The notes: generated by a model not told the origin, from the letters alone. Shown: positions 14,129-25,716, numbered from the stretch's first letter. The stretch is DNA of 64,000 nt from Histomonas meleagridis 2922-C6/04-290x (GCA_020184695.1 JAANOX010000064.1:62001-126000); one strand, 5' to 3'. A program made the numbers and translations.

Positions 14129-15520
14129 CTATGAATCTGCTATTTTTTTCTGAAGTTCTTTTCCAGCTTCAAAATCAAAATCATATTCCGATATGTTTGT
14201 CGTTGCAGATTCGTTCAAAAATTTAATTATTGACTCAATGGTCCGATCTTCATCAAAAGAAATAACATCTTCTTTTCGTTTTTTCCCGGCGGGCCACATA
14301 AACATTGTTGGATATCCATCGAAGTTTGGAAAACTTTCTGGTAACTCATTTAACGTGCCATCAATCCAATAAAACTTAATTTTATCTGTCTTGTTCACAA
14401 CCATTTGCGCTGTCGCATTAAGAACTGGTTTGAAATGTTTACAATGCCCACACCAAGGAGCGGTTATGACAACTAACACATCTGTATCGTTCTGGTTAAC
14501 GGCTTCCTCAAAAGTGACGGCAGTTAATTGACGGAAAACAACTTCTGGTGGCTCATCTGGAAATTGGGCTGAGACCTTCGAAAAGTTGATCTTGCCATCA
14601 ATTGCATCACGAACAAATGATTCAATAAAGGTGTAATTACTTTGTTTCTGGATGTTTTGAATTAACCATCGATTAGGTCCAAGATCTGTCGAATTCAATA
14701 AAAAGAAATATGGTGCTTGGGCGTTTTCAAGTGAGGCTTTCTTGATAATGCTTCTGCCTTCGTAATCATCAGCAATAACAAAATTTGCTTTATCAATAAA
14801 TTCAACAGCAAGCTTGTCAAGAATGGAAATTTCTTCCTCTGCTCGTGTAGTGTTATCATCATTTGTTATGAACCCTCCAAAGAATGGTTTTTCCATGGAT
14901 TTGAAAAGATTCAAATTTACGAGATGTGAATCTTTAAGATCATCAAAATTACCATTGTACGGTATAAGCTGACGATCTGAAAAACGATAAACATATACTC
15001 CTTTGTCAACTTTCATATCGAAAAATTTAAAAAGAGATGATGATGTGTTATAAAATGTTTCATCTTCTGGAATATTTTGTGGTACTTCTTCTGTGTCAAC
15101 ACCAATGATGTGAGCACCTTTGAGTGATAAAAATCTTCGTAACTGTTCTGGGTATTCTAAATTATTAATTTTAGGATTCATAATTTCTCGAAGCCAGCCG
15201 GCAAATTCTGTTGGAGTCGGATATTCGGCAAAATTGGATATATGTTTTCCTTGAGAAAATGCAGCAATACAAGGAGAAAATACACAATTTGCTAGGTTAG
15301 ATTTCTCATAACTAGCAAGAGCAATGTTGATCTGATCACGGTACCTGTAGATACCATAGTCCATATAGTCTAAGACATAGTTATCTTTCTGAAAAATAAT
15401 AACGCTTCTATTATGAGATTGAATAAATTCTTCAATTTTTGAATCATCAATTTCATCAAGGTAAGTTGCTTCTCCTATAGGATTTGGAAAACGAATTGCA
15501 AGTAAAAATGCAAAGAGCAT
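14129..15520 (-). CDS. Protein disulfide-isomerase-like thioredoxin-domain protein
   Basis: Signal peptide; APWCGHCKHFKP active site; FDGYPTMFMWP. Confidence 0.85.
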   Translation of the reverse strand: MLFAFLLAIRFPNPIGEATYLDEIDDSKIEEFIQSHNRSVIIFQKDNYVLDYMDYGIYRYRDQINIALASYEKSNLANCVFSPCIAAFSQGKHISNFAEYPTPTEFAGWLREIMNPKINNLEYPEQLRRFLSLKGAHIIGVDTEEVPQNIPEDETFYNTSSSLFKFFDMKVDKGVYVYRFSDRQLIPYNGNFDDLKDSHLVNLNLFKSMEKPFFGGFITNDDNTTRAEEEISILDKLAVEFIDKANFVIADDYEGRSIIKKASLENAQAPYFFLLNSTDLGPNRWLIQNIQKQSNYTFIESFVRDAIDGKINFSKVSAQFPDEPPEVVFRQLTAVTFEEAVNQNDTDVLVVITAPWCGHCKHFKPVLNATAQMVVNKTDKIKFYWIDGTLNELPESFPNFDGYPTMFMWPAGKKRKEDVISFDEDRTIESIIKFLNESATTNISEYDFDFEAGKELQKKIADS

Positions 15521-15589
15521 TTTAACTCAAAGGATATTGAATTGACGTTGCTCTGTTTGGACAAATATCAATTCAAAAATATTTTGTAA

Positions 15590-16212
15590 AATATCTATTT
15601 CACTTGAACAAATAATATTTAATCTAACATAAGGAAATCTTGATTTTCAGTTCAGGGAAAGATGAAATTATAAGATCGGAATGATCTATATTCTTCAAAT
15701 TTTCTCATAAGTAGTTTAATTTATTCAGCAGTCATAACAAAAAACAATGAAGTTATTAAATTATATGGAGGCAATTCAAATGAAAGAAGAAGAAATGATC
15801 CAAAAATCGTCGGTATTTTTACTCATTAGATTTATGATATTAATTCACAAGAAACATATTATTTAGTTGAGAAAATGATAGAAAGGAAATTAATTGATAT
15901 ATATATAACCAACAAATTATTAACAACAACAACAACAACATCAAAAATCAAAACAGTAAACAAAAATATAATATATGCCATTTGATAATTTTTCTTAAAC
16001 AAATACTAAGAACTTTCAAAGAATGATTGGGAATTTCATAAGAAATATATTAAAGAAGGATGTAATCCAAATAAAATTGCGAAAATAATTCAAAATGGTG
16101 AAATAGAGAAATGTCATCACAACCAAATTTTAATTTTAATCAAACAATTAAACCATCACTATATGAACAATGTGATTTTATTAATGACAATGTTTCATTA
16201 ATAGTGTATGCT
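15590..16212 (+). pseudogene. Decayed DUF3447 head fragment
   Basis: Recognisable LEQIIFNL, SQETYYLVEKMI, ELSKNDWEFHKKYIKEGCNPNKIAKII, QTIKPSLYE segments broken by stops and indels. Confidence 0.7.
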
Positions 16213-16512
16213 TTGATCAATAAACGATGTATTATATCTTCTAGATAACTCTTGAAATTGAACCTTTTGAAAATTAGAAAAAAGGCATCTTGCACATGTA
16301 ATTGCCTCTGATTAATTTTTTTGATACTGAATTAGGGAATGATTTCAATATTTCTAGTAACAGCAGTGTTGCATATGATTTTAAATTATTATCTTCTCTT
16401 TGAGTTGTGTTTGAAGCTGTGTTCTTTTTTTTTTGGTTTTGTTAAGAAATATATAGAAAATCCAAATTTAAAATGTTTATTTAAAAATCAAAATTGTCAT
16501 TTCGGTTCCAAC

Positions 16513-17727
16513 ATGTCTGTAATGGAGACTCAAAAACAACAAAACGAATGGGAAACCATACAAACTATCAATCAAATAATTAATGATTTAAATCAGGATA
16601 ATATTTCCAGTTCAGTGCAATCAATAGGTGAAATATTTGATATTTATTATCCATACTCTTTTAATTTAATTATTAGCCAAATTGTATATACGTCATTCAT
16701 TACTAAATATAATAATTCAGATATATATTTAGATTTTTTAAAAGAAATTGATGCTTTTGAGGAAACCCATAAATGCAAATACAAAATTTTTGATGTTTTT
16801 TCACAATTAATTATAAAAAAGAAGTCACAAGAAACATTTTATCTTATTGAGAATATGATTCGGCAAAATTTAGTTAGTGAAGATAAAATTATAAAAAATA
16901 TTACTTCAAAATATTTTGCACATCGCAAAACATTCGAAGAGAGCAAACGAAAATATATGGAACCATTTTGCAATACTTTTCTGAGACATTATGAAGAACT
17001 TTCAGAGAATGATTGGGAACTTCATAAGAAATTGATTAAAGAAGGAGTTAATCCAAATGAAATTGCAAAAATCATTCGAAATGATGAAATAGAAAAACTT
17101 CAAGAAATATCATCACAAACAAATTTTAATATTAATCAAACAATTGAGCCATCACTTTAAGAAAGGTGTTCATTTATTAATCATTGGGTTTCATTAATTG
17201 ATTATGCAGCATTTTTTGGATCAGTTCAATGTTTTAAATATTTACTTATGAATGGTTCTAATATAAAAAACACAGGCAAATATGCAGTTGCAGGTGGTAA
17301 TGAAGAAATCATTCATTTGTGTGAGCAGAATCATTCAACATTTAAAAATGCATATGAAACAGCAATTATATTTCATCGAAATGATATCTTTAAATATCTT
17401 ATCGAAAAGCAATTCCAAATATTAAATGAAAACAAACAACAAAATATTGAAACGAAACTCAAAGATCTTGAGAATTTGGAAAAGTTATGTATCAACAACG
17501 GAAATTATGAACTTTTATCATTTTTGGTTGAAGAAGGAATGGATGTAAATTGTAATATTATTAATGAATCTGCAAATATTGGAAATTTATATCTTGTTAA
17601 ACATTTTCTTCAAAACAAGCAAATTCCAAAAGATATTTTAGTTTTTTCATTGGAATCAGGAAACAATGAACTTTTAAATTATCTTCTTAAATTGGAAGGT
17701 ATTAATATAAATGGTGCCAATATTTAA
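16513..17727 (+). CDS. DUF3447-ankyrin head of locus 3, with one in-frame TAA
   Basis: Start MSVMETQ at 16513. TAA at 17158-17160 where paralogues have TAT (PSLYE). Frame continues to N-I-TAA at the first spacer. Confidence 0.75.
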
Positions 17728-19233
17728 ATATTTTATTTTCTGTTTATTTTAATAATATGATATTTTACAATAATATTTGGAAATTATTAAAAAGATTTTA
17801 TACAGCACTTATGAAAGCATCTTTAAAAAATGAAATAGAAATAGTTAAATTACTTCTTAAACAAAGTGGAATTGATGTAAATGCTCAAGATATTTATATT
17901 ACTTATTGAAAATTAATTTTGTAAATATTTTATCTCAAAATAATATTTGGAGATTATTCAAATTATTTAATTCAGCTCTTAGTTTAGCATCTTCAGAAGG
18001 TTATACAGAAATAGTTAGTTTACTTCTCAAACAAAAAGGAATTGAAATCAATTCTAAAGATATTTACATGTTTTATTAAACGTTTGTTTCAATAATTTTT
18101 TCATATTTTAAAATAATATTTGAAAATTATTCAAAATATTTTATACACCTCTAATAAAAGCATCTGGAAATGGTTATATTGAAATAGTTAAATTACTTCT
18201 TAAACAAAAAGAAATTGATGTTAATGTTAAAGATATTTATTCATCTAAAACATGATTTGTTTAAGAAATTTTATGCTCTATTATAAAACTTGGAATTTAT
18301 TCCAAAAATTTAAAACAGCACTATTTTATGCATCTTCGAATGGTCATTTAGAAATCGTCAAATTGCTTCTTGAACAAAAAGGAATTGCTATCAATTCCAT
18401 TACAATTTATTTGTTTTATTTAATATTTAATTTGATAATTTGATGTTTGATAATAATATTTCAAAGTTATTTAAAATATTTGAGACAGCACTAATAATAG
18501 CATCAGAAAAAAATTATATTGATATAGTTAAATTACTTGTTGAACAGAAAGGAATTGATATCAATTTTAAAAATATTAATTTGTTTTATTTAAAATCGAT
18601 ATAAATAAATTTGGGTTCTAAAATAACAATTGGAAATTACTTAAAATTAAAACGGCGCTTATGATTGCATCTATATATAATAATATTGAAATAGTTAAAT
18701 TACTTCTTGAACAAAACGAAATTGATGTTAATTCCAAAGATATTTATTTGTTTTGTTTGATATTAATTATTATAATTTTGGGTTTCAAAATAATATTAGG
18801 AATTTATTTACTGTATTTGAAACAGTTTTAATAAAAACATCTAAAAAAGGTTACTTAGATATAGTTAAATTACTTATTGAACAAAAAGGAATTACTATAA
18901 ATGCGAAAAATTTTTATTTGATTCGTATAATATTAAATTTATTCATTTAAAATTTCAAAATAATATTAGGAATTTATTTACTGTATTTGAAACTGCATTA
19001 ATAGAAGCATCTTCAAATGGTTACTTAGATATAGTTAAATTACTTATTGAACAAAAAGGAATTGATATTAATGCAAAAGATATTCATTTGTTTTATATAA
19101 TATTTGTTAATTTTGTCTGATGTATCAAAGTAATATTTGGGATTTATTCAAATTATTTGAAACAGCATTTATGAAAGCATCTAATAAAGGCTATACAGAA
19201 ATAGTTAAATTATTCTTAAACAAGAGCTTTTGA
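17722..19233 (+). repeat. Spacer-interrupted ankyrin array 3: 9 modules
   Basis: Module starts 17802, 17972, 18145, 18315, 18485, 18652, 18822, 18992, 19162. Spacers 80,80,83,80,80,77,80,80,80 nt. Confidence 0.95.
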
Positions 19234-19450
19234 TCCTAATGCAAAAAACATAAGTGAAAAAGTACCAAACCCACCCCACTAATTCTTTATCAAGAATTAG
19301 ACATAAAATGATGCTTATTACATATGCATATGAACATTTGAAAATATTTAAAAAATATATATTCAATAAAAAGTTGTATACATTTTAAGTTTGCACGATT
19401 AAAATATTTCACATAATGTCTGTTGAGCATTAATTTATGTTACTCTTTAG

Positions 19451-19627
19451 CATAATGCCAAAATTACATCACAAATCGCTAGGTTAGCGGCCAACCTTTG
19501 CAAGAAGGTCCCAACGATTGCACAAGGCGTTTGCAAACAACTTGTTGGAAGTGCACTTCCAACTCTTATCAAGATTGGAAACGGACTTTCGAACCTTAAC
19601 GTCTGCAAGAAAGTTCATCTTTGCTAA
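19451..19627 (+). CDS. Saposin-like (SAPLIP/amoebapore-type) domain, N-terminal helix missing
   Basis: HNAKITSQIARLAANLCKKVPTIAQGVCKQLVGSALPTLIKIGNGLSNLNVCKKVHLC*: four Cys in saposin spacing. Preceded by in-frame TAG; no start found. Confidence 0.6.
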   Translation, partial: HNAKITSQIARLAANLCKKVPTIAQGVCKQLVGSALPTLIKIGNGLSNLNVCKKVHLC

Positions 19628-19817
19628 GTGGAATAAATTATTTTTTTTAAAGTTATTTAGAAGATTTTGTGAAATTTCAAATTTTGATCAGTAAGAAAAC
19701 GTTCTAAAATTGTCTCTGCCGACGAATTCTTTGGCTTTGGTAAGAGAATGAAACAAAAGGAACATTTCGGCATAAGAAATTGCAACAGTTTCAGTTTCGT
19801 ACGTTAACAAATTGCAA

Positions 19818-20387
19818 ATGAAGGCGCTTGTTTACAAGGCATGGAAAGCAGTTCAATTCGAGCGCCTTGAAGAACTAGAAGAGCTAGTTCCTACAAAAGT
19901 AAGTTCAAACGCATCAACTGGTGATTCAAATAATCATGTACATACATTATTAATGTGTGCTGCTGTTCATGGTTCTTATACTTGTGCAAAATATCTCATC
20001 ACTAATGGCGCAAATGTTGAAGCCAAAAACTTCGCAGGATATACTGCTCTTCATTGGGCTGCTTATTCTGGAAGAATAGAAACTGTTTCATTACTCATAA
20101 AAAACGGTGCACAAATTAATTCTAAAACTGAGGATGGAAAAGAGCCCATACACATTGCCGCATATAGAGGTCACTTAAATTTTATTCTCAAATTATTATC
20201 GCTAAAAGCAGATCTTAATTCAATTGCAAGTAATGGTTGGAACTCTTTCCATTTTGCTCTTGTTTCAAATCAAAAACAAGTTTGTCGGAAACTCATTGAA
20301 CTTGGAATTGATTTACATGAGAAAACATCAGAAGAAATTGTTAAACAATATAAACGCGAATGGTACAAAATGTTATTACAAAAATAA
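19818..20387 (+). CDS. Canonical, uninterrupted ankyrin repeat protein
   Basis: KNFAGYTALHWAAYSGRIETVSLLIKNGAQINSKTEDGKEPIHIAA; normal repeat junctions with the turn Gly. Confidence 0.9.
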   Translation: MKALVYKAWKAVQFERLEELEELVPTKVSSNASTGDSNNHVHTLLMCAAVHGSYTCAKYLITNGANVEAKNFAGYTALHWAAYSGRIETVSLLIKNGAQINSKTEDGKEPIHIAAYRGHLNFILKLLSLKADLNSIASNGWNSFHFALVSNQKQVCRKLIELGIDLHEKTSEEIVKQYKREWYKMLLQK

Positions 20388-20416
20388 AACAAAATACAAA
20401 CTAAAGCTTTTGTTTA

Positions 20417-21619
20417 TTAAATTTTCATCATTTCATTATAAGCTTCTTCTACAGTGTTATTCAAAGAAATATTCCGAATGAAGAAATCAATTGATTTCGC
20501 ATACTTATTCATTTCTTCATGAGTTAAAACACCAGAACCATACCTTAACCTGATGTAAATATCGTCTGCGACTGAGAAACTCATCAAAGAAACAATTGAA
20601 CTGATATTGATCGTCTTGGCATGATGCGAAACAAAAGCATCAACAATTGGCTTTTGGATTGGTAATGCACCCATGTTAGTGATTTCAAGACCTATTCCTG
20701 GAATAGGCTTTGCATCGGACGAAACACCAAGACTTTTAATGAAGCCAAAGTGATGTTTTTCTTTGATCTTCTTTTCCATGTCTTCACGCATTAAGCGGCC
20801 AACTTCAGATAACTTCATGTCACTACTAATGTGTGATGATGGCGAAACTGCTGAGAAGCAATTTGTTAATGAATAATCGATTGATTGTTTTGGAAGGAAA
20901 TTCCTAAGGTCCATACATGTACAAACTCCTCCATATTCATCAATGTGATGCTTATGAACAAAGGCAGCAAGCATATGAGACAACCATAGAGTTTCTGTGA
21001 ATTTCTTGATTGATTTGGTCTTCTTATCATAACACATAAGGTCACTCATTTTAGCCTTAATTGTGAAATAACTGCCATATGGACTATCCGCTTTCGGGTT
21101 TCCATTTGTGGAAATTCTAGTGATGTATGGATCGCAATTCCATGGTTGTACAATTGGCGCTTTGTCGATCTCACTTGAAAAGATGTCTTCTGCCTTCAAA
21201 GGTAGAATATTTTTGCTTTTTACTTGATCATTCAAGTGGGAAACAATATATTTAAAATACCCACCATCACTACAAAGGTGATTAATATTCAAAACAACAA
21301 AATCTTTGCCTGCAGCTACAGAGGCCAATGCCTTATTGAAAGGTTTTGTATAATTTATTGCGGTGAAATTTGCGGCTTCTTGAAGCGTTTTGATTTTACT
21401 TGGCAAAAAATATACAGGAACCTCTTCGCAATGTGTAATCATTAGGTCTCCATGTGTTCGTGTGTGGAGAGGAACCACAATTCTTGTGAGCTTATGAGCT
21501 ATATCATTAACATATTTCGGATTTTCAACCTTAAGCGCCAATTGAAGCATTGTAGCAGCATTGATATCAAAATAATCAGAAGGCCTCAATTTGCGGTAAG
21601 ATGGTGATGTACAAGACAT
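20417..21619 (-). CDS. Hypothetical protein, CoA-dependent acyltransferase/condensation-domain-like
   Basis: NHLCSDGG resembles the HxxxDG motif; C-terminal ITNMG-like segment. Confidence 0.5.
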   Translation of the reverse strand: MSCTSPSYRKLRPSDYFDINAATMLQLALKVENPKYVNDIAHKLTRIVVPLHTRTHGDLMITHCEEVPVYFLPSKIKTLQEAANFTAINYTKPFNKALASVAAGKDFVVLNINHLCSDGGYFKYIVSHLNDQVKSKNILPLKAEDIFSSEIDKAPIVQPWNCDPYITRISTNGNPKADSPYGSYFTIKAKMSDLMCYDKKTKSIKKFTETLWLSHMLAAFVHKHHIDEYGGVCTCMDLRNFLPKQSIDYSLTNCFSAVSPSSHISSDMKLSEVGRLMREDMEKKIKEKHHFGFIKSLGVSSDAKPIPGIGLEITNMGALPIQKPIVDAFVSHHAKTINISSIVSLMSFSVADDIYIRLRYGSGVLTHEEMNKYAKSIDFFIRNISLNNTVEEAYNEMMKI

Positions 21620-22065
21620 AAATTGAAGATGGTTGTGATCGTTTTTTAGGCTCTGAAATTTCTGAGTGGAAAATTCCGTTTTTGTTTAATTGAATTAAAA
21701 CGACTGTTATTTTGATAAGTTTATATTATTTTGAAAGAGCCAGCCGATGGCCTCGTGAGGGTTTTTCATTGGCAAATGAACGTCGCTAAATCTTCCATGG
21801 AATCAAATTTGATTTTAATCAATTTTTAGTAATAATTCAATATCATATTTCATGTGTATTATTTATTACAATCAAACTCTTAAATGTATTATTTTTTTTT
21901 TTATTATTGAACATTTTAATGAATCTTTTCGAAAATTTATTCTTATAAAAATGCATTTCCGTTACAAATTATTACTTCACTTCTCAGAAAAAACAAATGT
22001 TAAAAATTTCTTTTAATCAAATTATTACATATTTTGGAGAAAAACAATAATAACAAAACCTTAAC

Positions 22066-25038
22066 TCAATAATACGACAATACTTCATTAAGGTCAAACA
22101 TTTCTTGTAGTTCTTTCGGCATTGGCGACTCCCCAAACAATTCCTTCTTCATGTTTTCGTCGAGATCTTCAATTCCCGACATGTATTGCATGTCAACGAA
22201 TCCGAAGCATGGCTCGAAATATGTGTGGCTTGTGATTGCGTGGCATTCACTATGTGTTAATTCCTCATTTTCTTTATTCATATCTTCAAATTTCTTCTGA
22301 ACCTCTTCCAATTTCTTGGAAACATCATTGTTATTTATGTCAATGAATGTTATGATTGAACCATTACGTGTTGTGCCACAAATCATTTCGAAGTTGGTTT
22401 CAATCGGTAACGGTCGCCACGCCGATAGACTTGTCACATTTTCGCCGATAGAATAGCGACCGTTTGTTATGACTTTGTCCTTTTCAAATGATAAATGATA
22501 TACATTTCCTCGGCAATCACTTACGATGAAAGAAGACCTTATGCTGCATCCAGTTATTAGGAACTTTGGAAGATAATCAGTAGCCAAACAATTCAAATTG
22601 AAGTCAAATAGAATCACTGATTTAAAGGCATCAACAACACATAAACAATCACTTCCTAGTAACAAATCAGAAGCTATCATTAATGCATCTGCTTCTTTCA
22701 TGAAAGAAAGAGATCCATCTTCTTTCATACAATATTTTTGAATTGTTGATCCAACAGTAACATAAACGAATCCTTCTTCATATACGATACTTGTTGGGAT
22801 ACTTTTAACGACAACCTTTTGTTCAAGTTCCTTTCCATTTTGAAATATTATTATCATTCCATCTTCACATAAACGATCTTTTGGTTCCTCCAATCCTCCC
22901 ACGCAAACCAGTACGTATGATTGGCCATGAAAATCGAATGAACAAAGGTAATTTACGGTGAACTTTTCATCCACCGTTAAACATCCAATCTTCTCTAAAC
23001 GGTTTGTGTCAAATAATTGAATGGTGTTGTCAAATGTTGTTGCTATCTCACGACCGTTAACGATGTAAATTCCGTCAAACGTTCTCTCGACATGTTTTTG
23101 GCAAATTTGTATCAGATGCGGATTCGAAACTTCGCCGATGGTAACATTCTCATCATGTAAGATACAAATTTGATCATTTAAGTTGACACCTTTGATTGAT
23201 TTACCACAATTTATTGGGTAAACGTCTATTTTCATGTTTTTATTTAATTTGATCAAATTTGATTCGTTTGAAGCAACGAATACAAATGAATCATTTAACA
23301 CTTTAACAGGTAAAATTGTGACGTTTGTATGCGATGTATTCACTCGATCGATTTCATTGATTCTTCCATTTTCATTTATTTCAAATGCTATGATGTAACC
23401 ATTTGATGTACCAAAGTATAAAATGGATTCCATTTCACATATGGAACGAACAACAAGTTGTAAATTATATGTCTTGCATTCTTCTATTTTATTATCTTCT
23501 TTAAGTTTAAATATATGAATTGATAATTCATTCCATAATGAGATAATTATGAAGTTATTACTAGTGATAAATAATGATCCAACTTCTCCATTAATTTCAA
23601 CTTGATCTTGTTCTTCAAATTTATCATCATTAAATATTATAGATTTTAATTTATTATCATTTGTTACAACTATAATTTTATTATTATTTGCATACGCATT
23701 TTGAATGTCAATATCAAATTTCAATGGTTTATCGTTATCGTCGTCTTTAAACGCATTTAAACGGTCTTTGCATATTTGTATGTAATAACCGTTGTAACCG
23801 TAGAAGAAAATCGTTGGTTGATCAGCAATGAAATTGGAATTATTTGTGACTTCATTATCTTTAAACAAAACAGAACTATTTTGTGTTGAAACAACTATGT
23901 AATTATTAAAGACAAAAATGTTTTCACCTATAAAATCAATAATCGAAGTTGGAAAATAAGAAAATCCATAACCAATCGAATAAAGTTTATCTTGTCCACA
24001 TATAATTAATTTATCAAGTCCTTGAATTGTATGTGGGACAACAACATGTCGCGTTGGAGACATTATTTCATTTGGAAAGATTTGTCGATAATCATTAGTT
24101 TGGAAATCATATAAATAAACGATGTTAAATTGTGACATACAAATAAATTGTGTTTGTGAAATAGTAATGAGATCATCAAATATGATTTGTGGTGCGTTTT
24201 GGAGTTCAGCAAGACTTTCGCCGTTGTATCGTAAAACCGTAAAATCTTCTAAACAAATTATTATATCGTCATTGAAAAAGTGAGATGAAAAGAGGTTGGT
24301 TTTAAGTGGAAACTCTTTCAGCTTCTCTGCATCTTTGTAAACATAAAACTTATCCTGTGAAAAGAGATAATAATAATTGGAATCAGCTAGAAAAACTTCA
24401 ATGATTTCTGGAATTGCAATTTCGGTCAATAATTGGCTACAATTGGATGATTGCGATTTTATAGCTTCTGGAACTTTACTGAGTTCCAACTTTTTGATGG
24501 AGTTCGAAACATCAAAGGTTACTAATTCTTCATTGATTCCATACATGGATAATGGAACATAATGATCAAAATGAATGGTATTTATATCAATTGTTTCACC
24601 AAATTGAAGAGCTGTTAATGTGTTTGGATATAAGGAAATAAAAAGGAAATTTTGAATTAATAAAAAACATGGTGGAATTCGATTAGGTTGAACATTTGGT
24701 ATTCTAGCACCTTTTAAAACTATTTTGCTAATCGGTACTTCGTCTTCAGGGTTTCCAGTATATGAAAAAATTATTAATGTCGTATTAGTTGTAACAACAA
24801 TAATACTTTCACTTTGGCTATTTGGTAACTTGAAACTACTAGCATATTTAACTGTGGCCTCTATAGGAATTTCAAGATCTGGTTCAGTATCTTGTTCGAA
24901 TAATAGTGATGAATAATATTGAATTGAATGTGGTCTTACAATGCAAAGATGCTTTTCTGTTTCAGATATGAAATTGCCATAAGAGCTATAAATTATGGAT
25001 CCAGAGCTCTTATTTACATTGATGAAAAGAGATGACAT
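22066..25038 (-). CDS. DDB1/SAP130/CPSF160-family triple beta-propeller protein
   Basis: About 990 aa beta-rich ORF. C-terminal VVDAFKSV..ATDYLPK..IVSDCRGNV..GRYSIGENVTSL..GTTRNGSI resembles the CPSF_A domain. Likely start MSS at 25038. Confidence 0.7.
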   Translation of the reverse strand: MSSLFINVNKSSGSIIYSSYGNFISETEKHLCIVRPHSIQYYSSLLFEQDTEPDLEIPIEATVKYASSFKLPNSQSESIIVVTTNTTLIIFSYTGNPEDEVPISKIVLKGARIPNVQPNRIPPCFLLIQNFLFISLYPNTLTALQFGETIDINTIHFDHYVPLSMYGINEELVTFDVSNSIKKLELSKVPEAIKSQSSNCSQLLTEIAIPEIIEVFLADSNYYYLFSQDKFYVYKDAEKLKEFPLKTNLFSSHFFNDDIIICLEDFTVLRYNGESLAELQNAPQIIFDDLITISQTQFICMSQFNIVYLYDFQTNDYRQIFPNEIMSPTRHVVVPHTIQGLDKLIICGQDKLYSIGYGFSYFPTSIIDFIGENIFVFNNYIVVSTQNSSVLFKDNEVTNNSNFIADQPTIFFYGYNGYYIQICKDRLNAFKDDDNDKPLKFDIDIQNAYANNNKIIVVTNDNKLKSIIFNDDKFEEQDQVEINGEVGSLFITSNNFIIISLWNELSIHIFKLKEDNKIEECKTYNLQLVVRSICEMESILYFGTSNGYIIAFEINENGRINEIDRVNTSHTNVTILPVKVLNDSFVFVASNESNLIKLNKNMKIDVYPINCGKSIKGVNLNDQICILHDENVTIGEVSNPHLIQICQKHVERTFDGIYIVNGREIATTFDNTIQLFDTNRLEKIGCLTVDEKFTVNYLCSFDFHGQSYVLVCVGGLEEPKDRLCEDGMIIIFQNGKELEQKVVVKSIPTSIVYEEGFVYVTVGSTIQKYCMKEDGSLSFMKEADALMIASDLLLGSDCLCVVDAFKSVILFDFNLNCLATDYLPKFLITGCSIRSSFIVSDCRGNVYHLSFEKDKVITNGRYSIGENVTSLSAWRPLPIETNFEMICGTTRNGSIITFIDINNNDVSKKLEEVQKKFEDMNKENEELTHSECHAITSHTYFEPCFGFVDMQYMSGIEDLDENMKKELFGESPMPKELQEMFDLNEVLSYY

Positions 25039-25311
25039 AAAATTATCACTTAATATTAAGTGAACAGTGAAAAAATTGACTACAATGTGCGTATCGTAAT
25101 TTCCTTTGATTCTATCGTCCTGTAGTGTTTGTCTGTTCCTTTGATATAACAAATAAAAGAAAAATAATCTAATTTGAATTATTATTTAATCTATACTCTG
25201 GAATATGTGGCTTCATTTCTTAAGTTTAATTAAACAATTACAATAAAAAAAAATAATTAGTCTTGGCTAATGAAATAAAAAAACGTAAGATTACAATAGG
25301 TTCGTATTTAT

Positions 25312-25716
25312 TTAGTTCTGCTTTCTTTTTTTGGAAGATTTGTTTGTATTTGTTGATGAAGATGTGGGAATTTTTGACATTTTTGTAGCTGCCCATTTTA
25401 TATAAACAACAACAGGAATGCTGAATAAAATACAAGTTGTGATGCAAACAGGGTGAACAATAAATGATACAATTAAAGCAACAATTTCACATAATGCAAG
25501 TTCAATCCATCCGAGCTTATTGTCTCCACGAGCAGCTCTGGTGTTACCAACAAAAATAATTAAGAAAAAGAAAAGAATTGCTCCGAAAAATCCACCAAGA
25601 AATGTAGCTTCAGCCTTCATTCTGAAAACTTTACGAAGCGCGATCATGAGAACAGCGAGAACTGCTGCACATATCCCAGAAAGTCTCTTTGATGATTCGA
25701 CTGTTGGCGCATTCAT
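25312..25716 (-). CDS. KRTCAP2: Keratinocyte-associated protein 2 (oligosaccharyltransferase accessory subunit KCP2)
   Basis: LGGFFGAILFFFLIIFVGN and IVHPVCITTCILFS match the family signatures; basic KK-type tail. Confidence 0.75.
   Translation of the reverse strand: MNAPTVESSKRLSGICAAVLAVLMIALRKVFRMKAEATFLGGFFGAILFFFLIIFVGNTRAARGDNKLGWIELALCEIVALIVSFIVHPVCITTCILFSIPVVVYIKWAATKMSKIPTSSSTNTNKSSKKRKQN

Noticed and set aside
17158-17160. Stop-codon reassignment (TAA as Tyr/Gln)
   Set aside because: TAA terminates conserved genes in this window (RPS20, ERD2, Rab, V-ATPase c, PRP8); in-frame stops occur only in multicopy or decaying genes.
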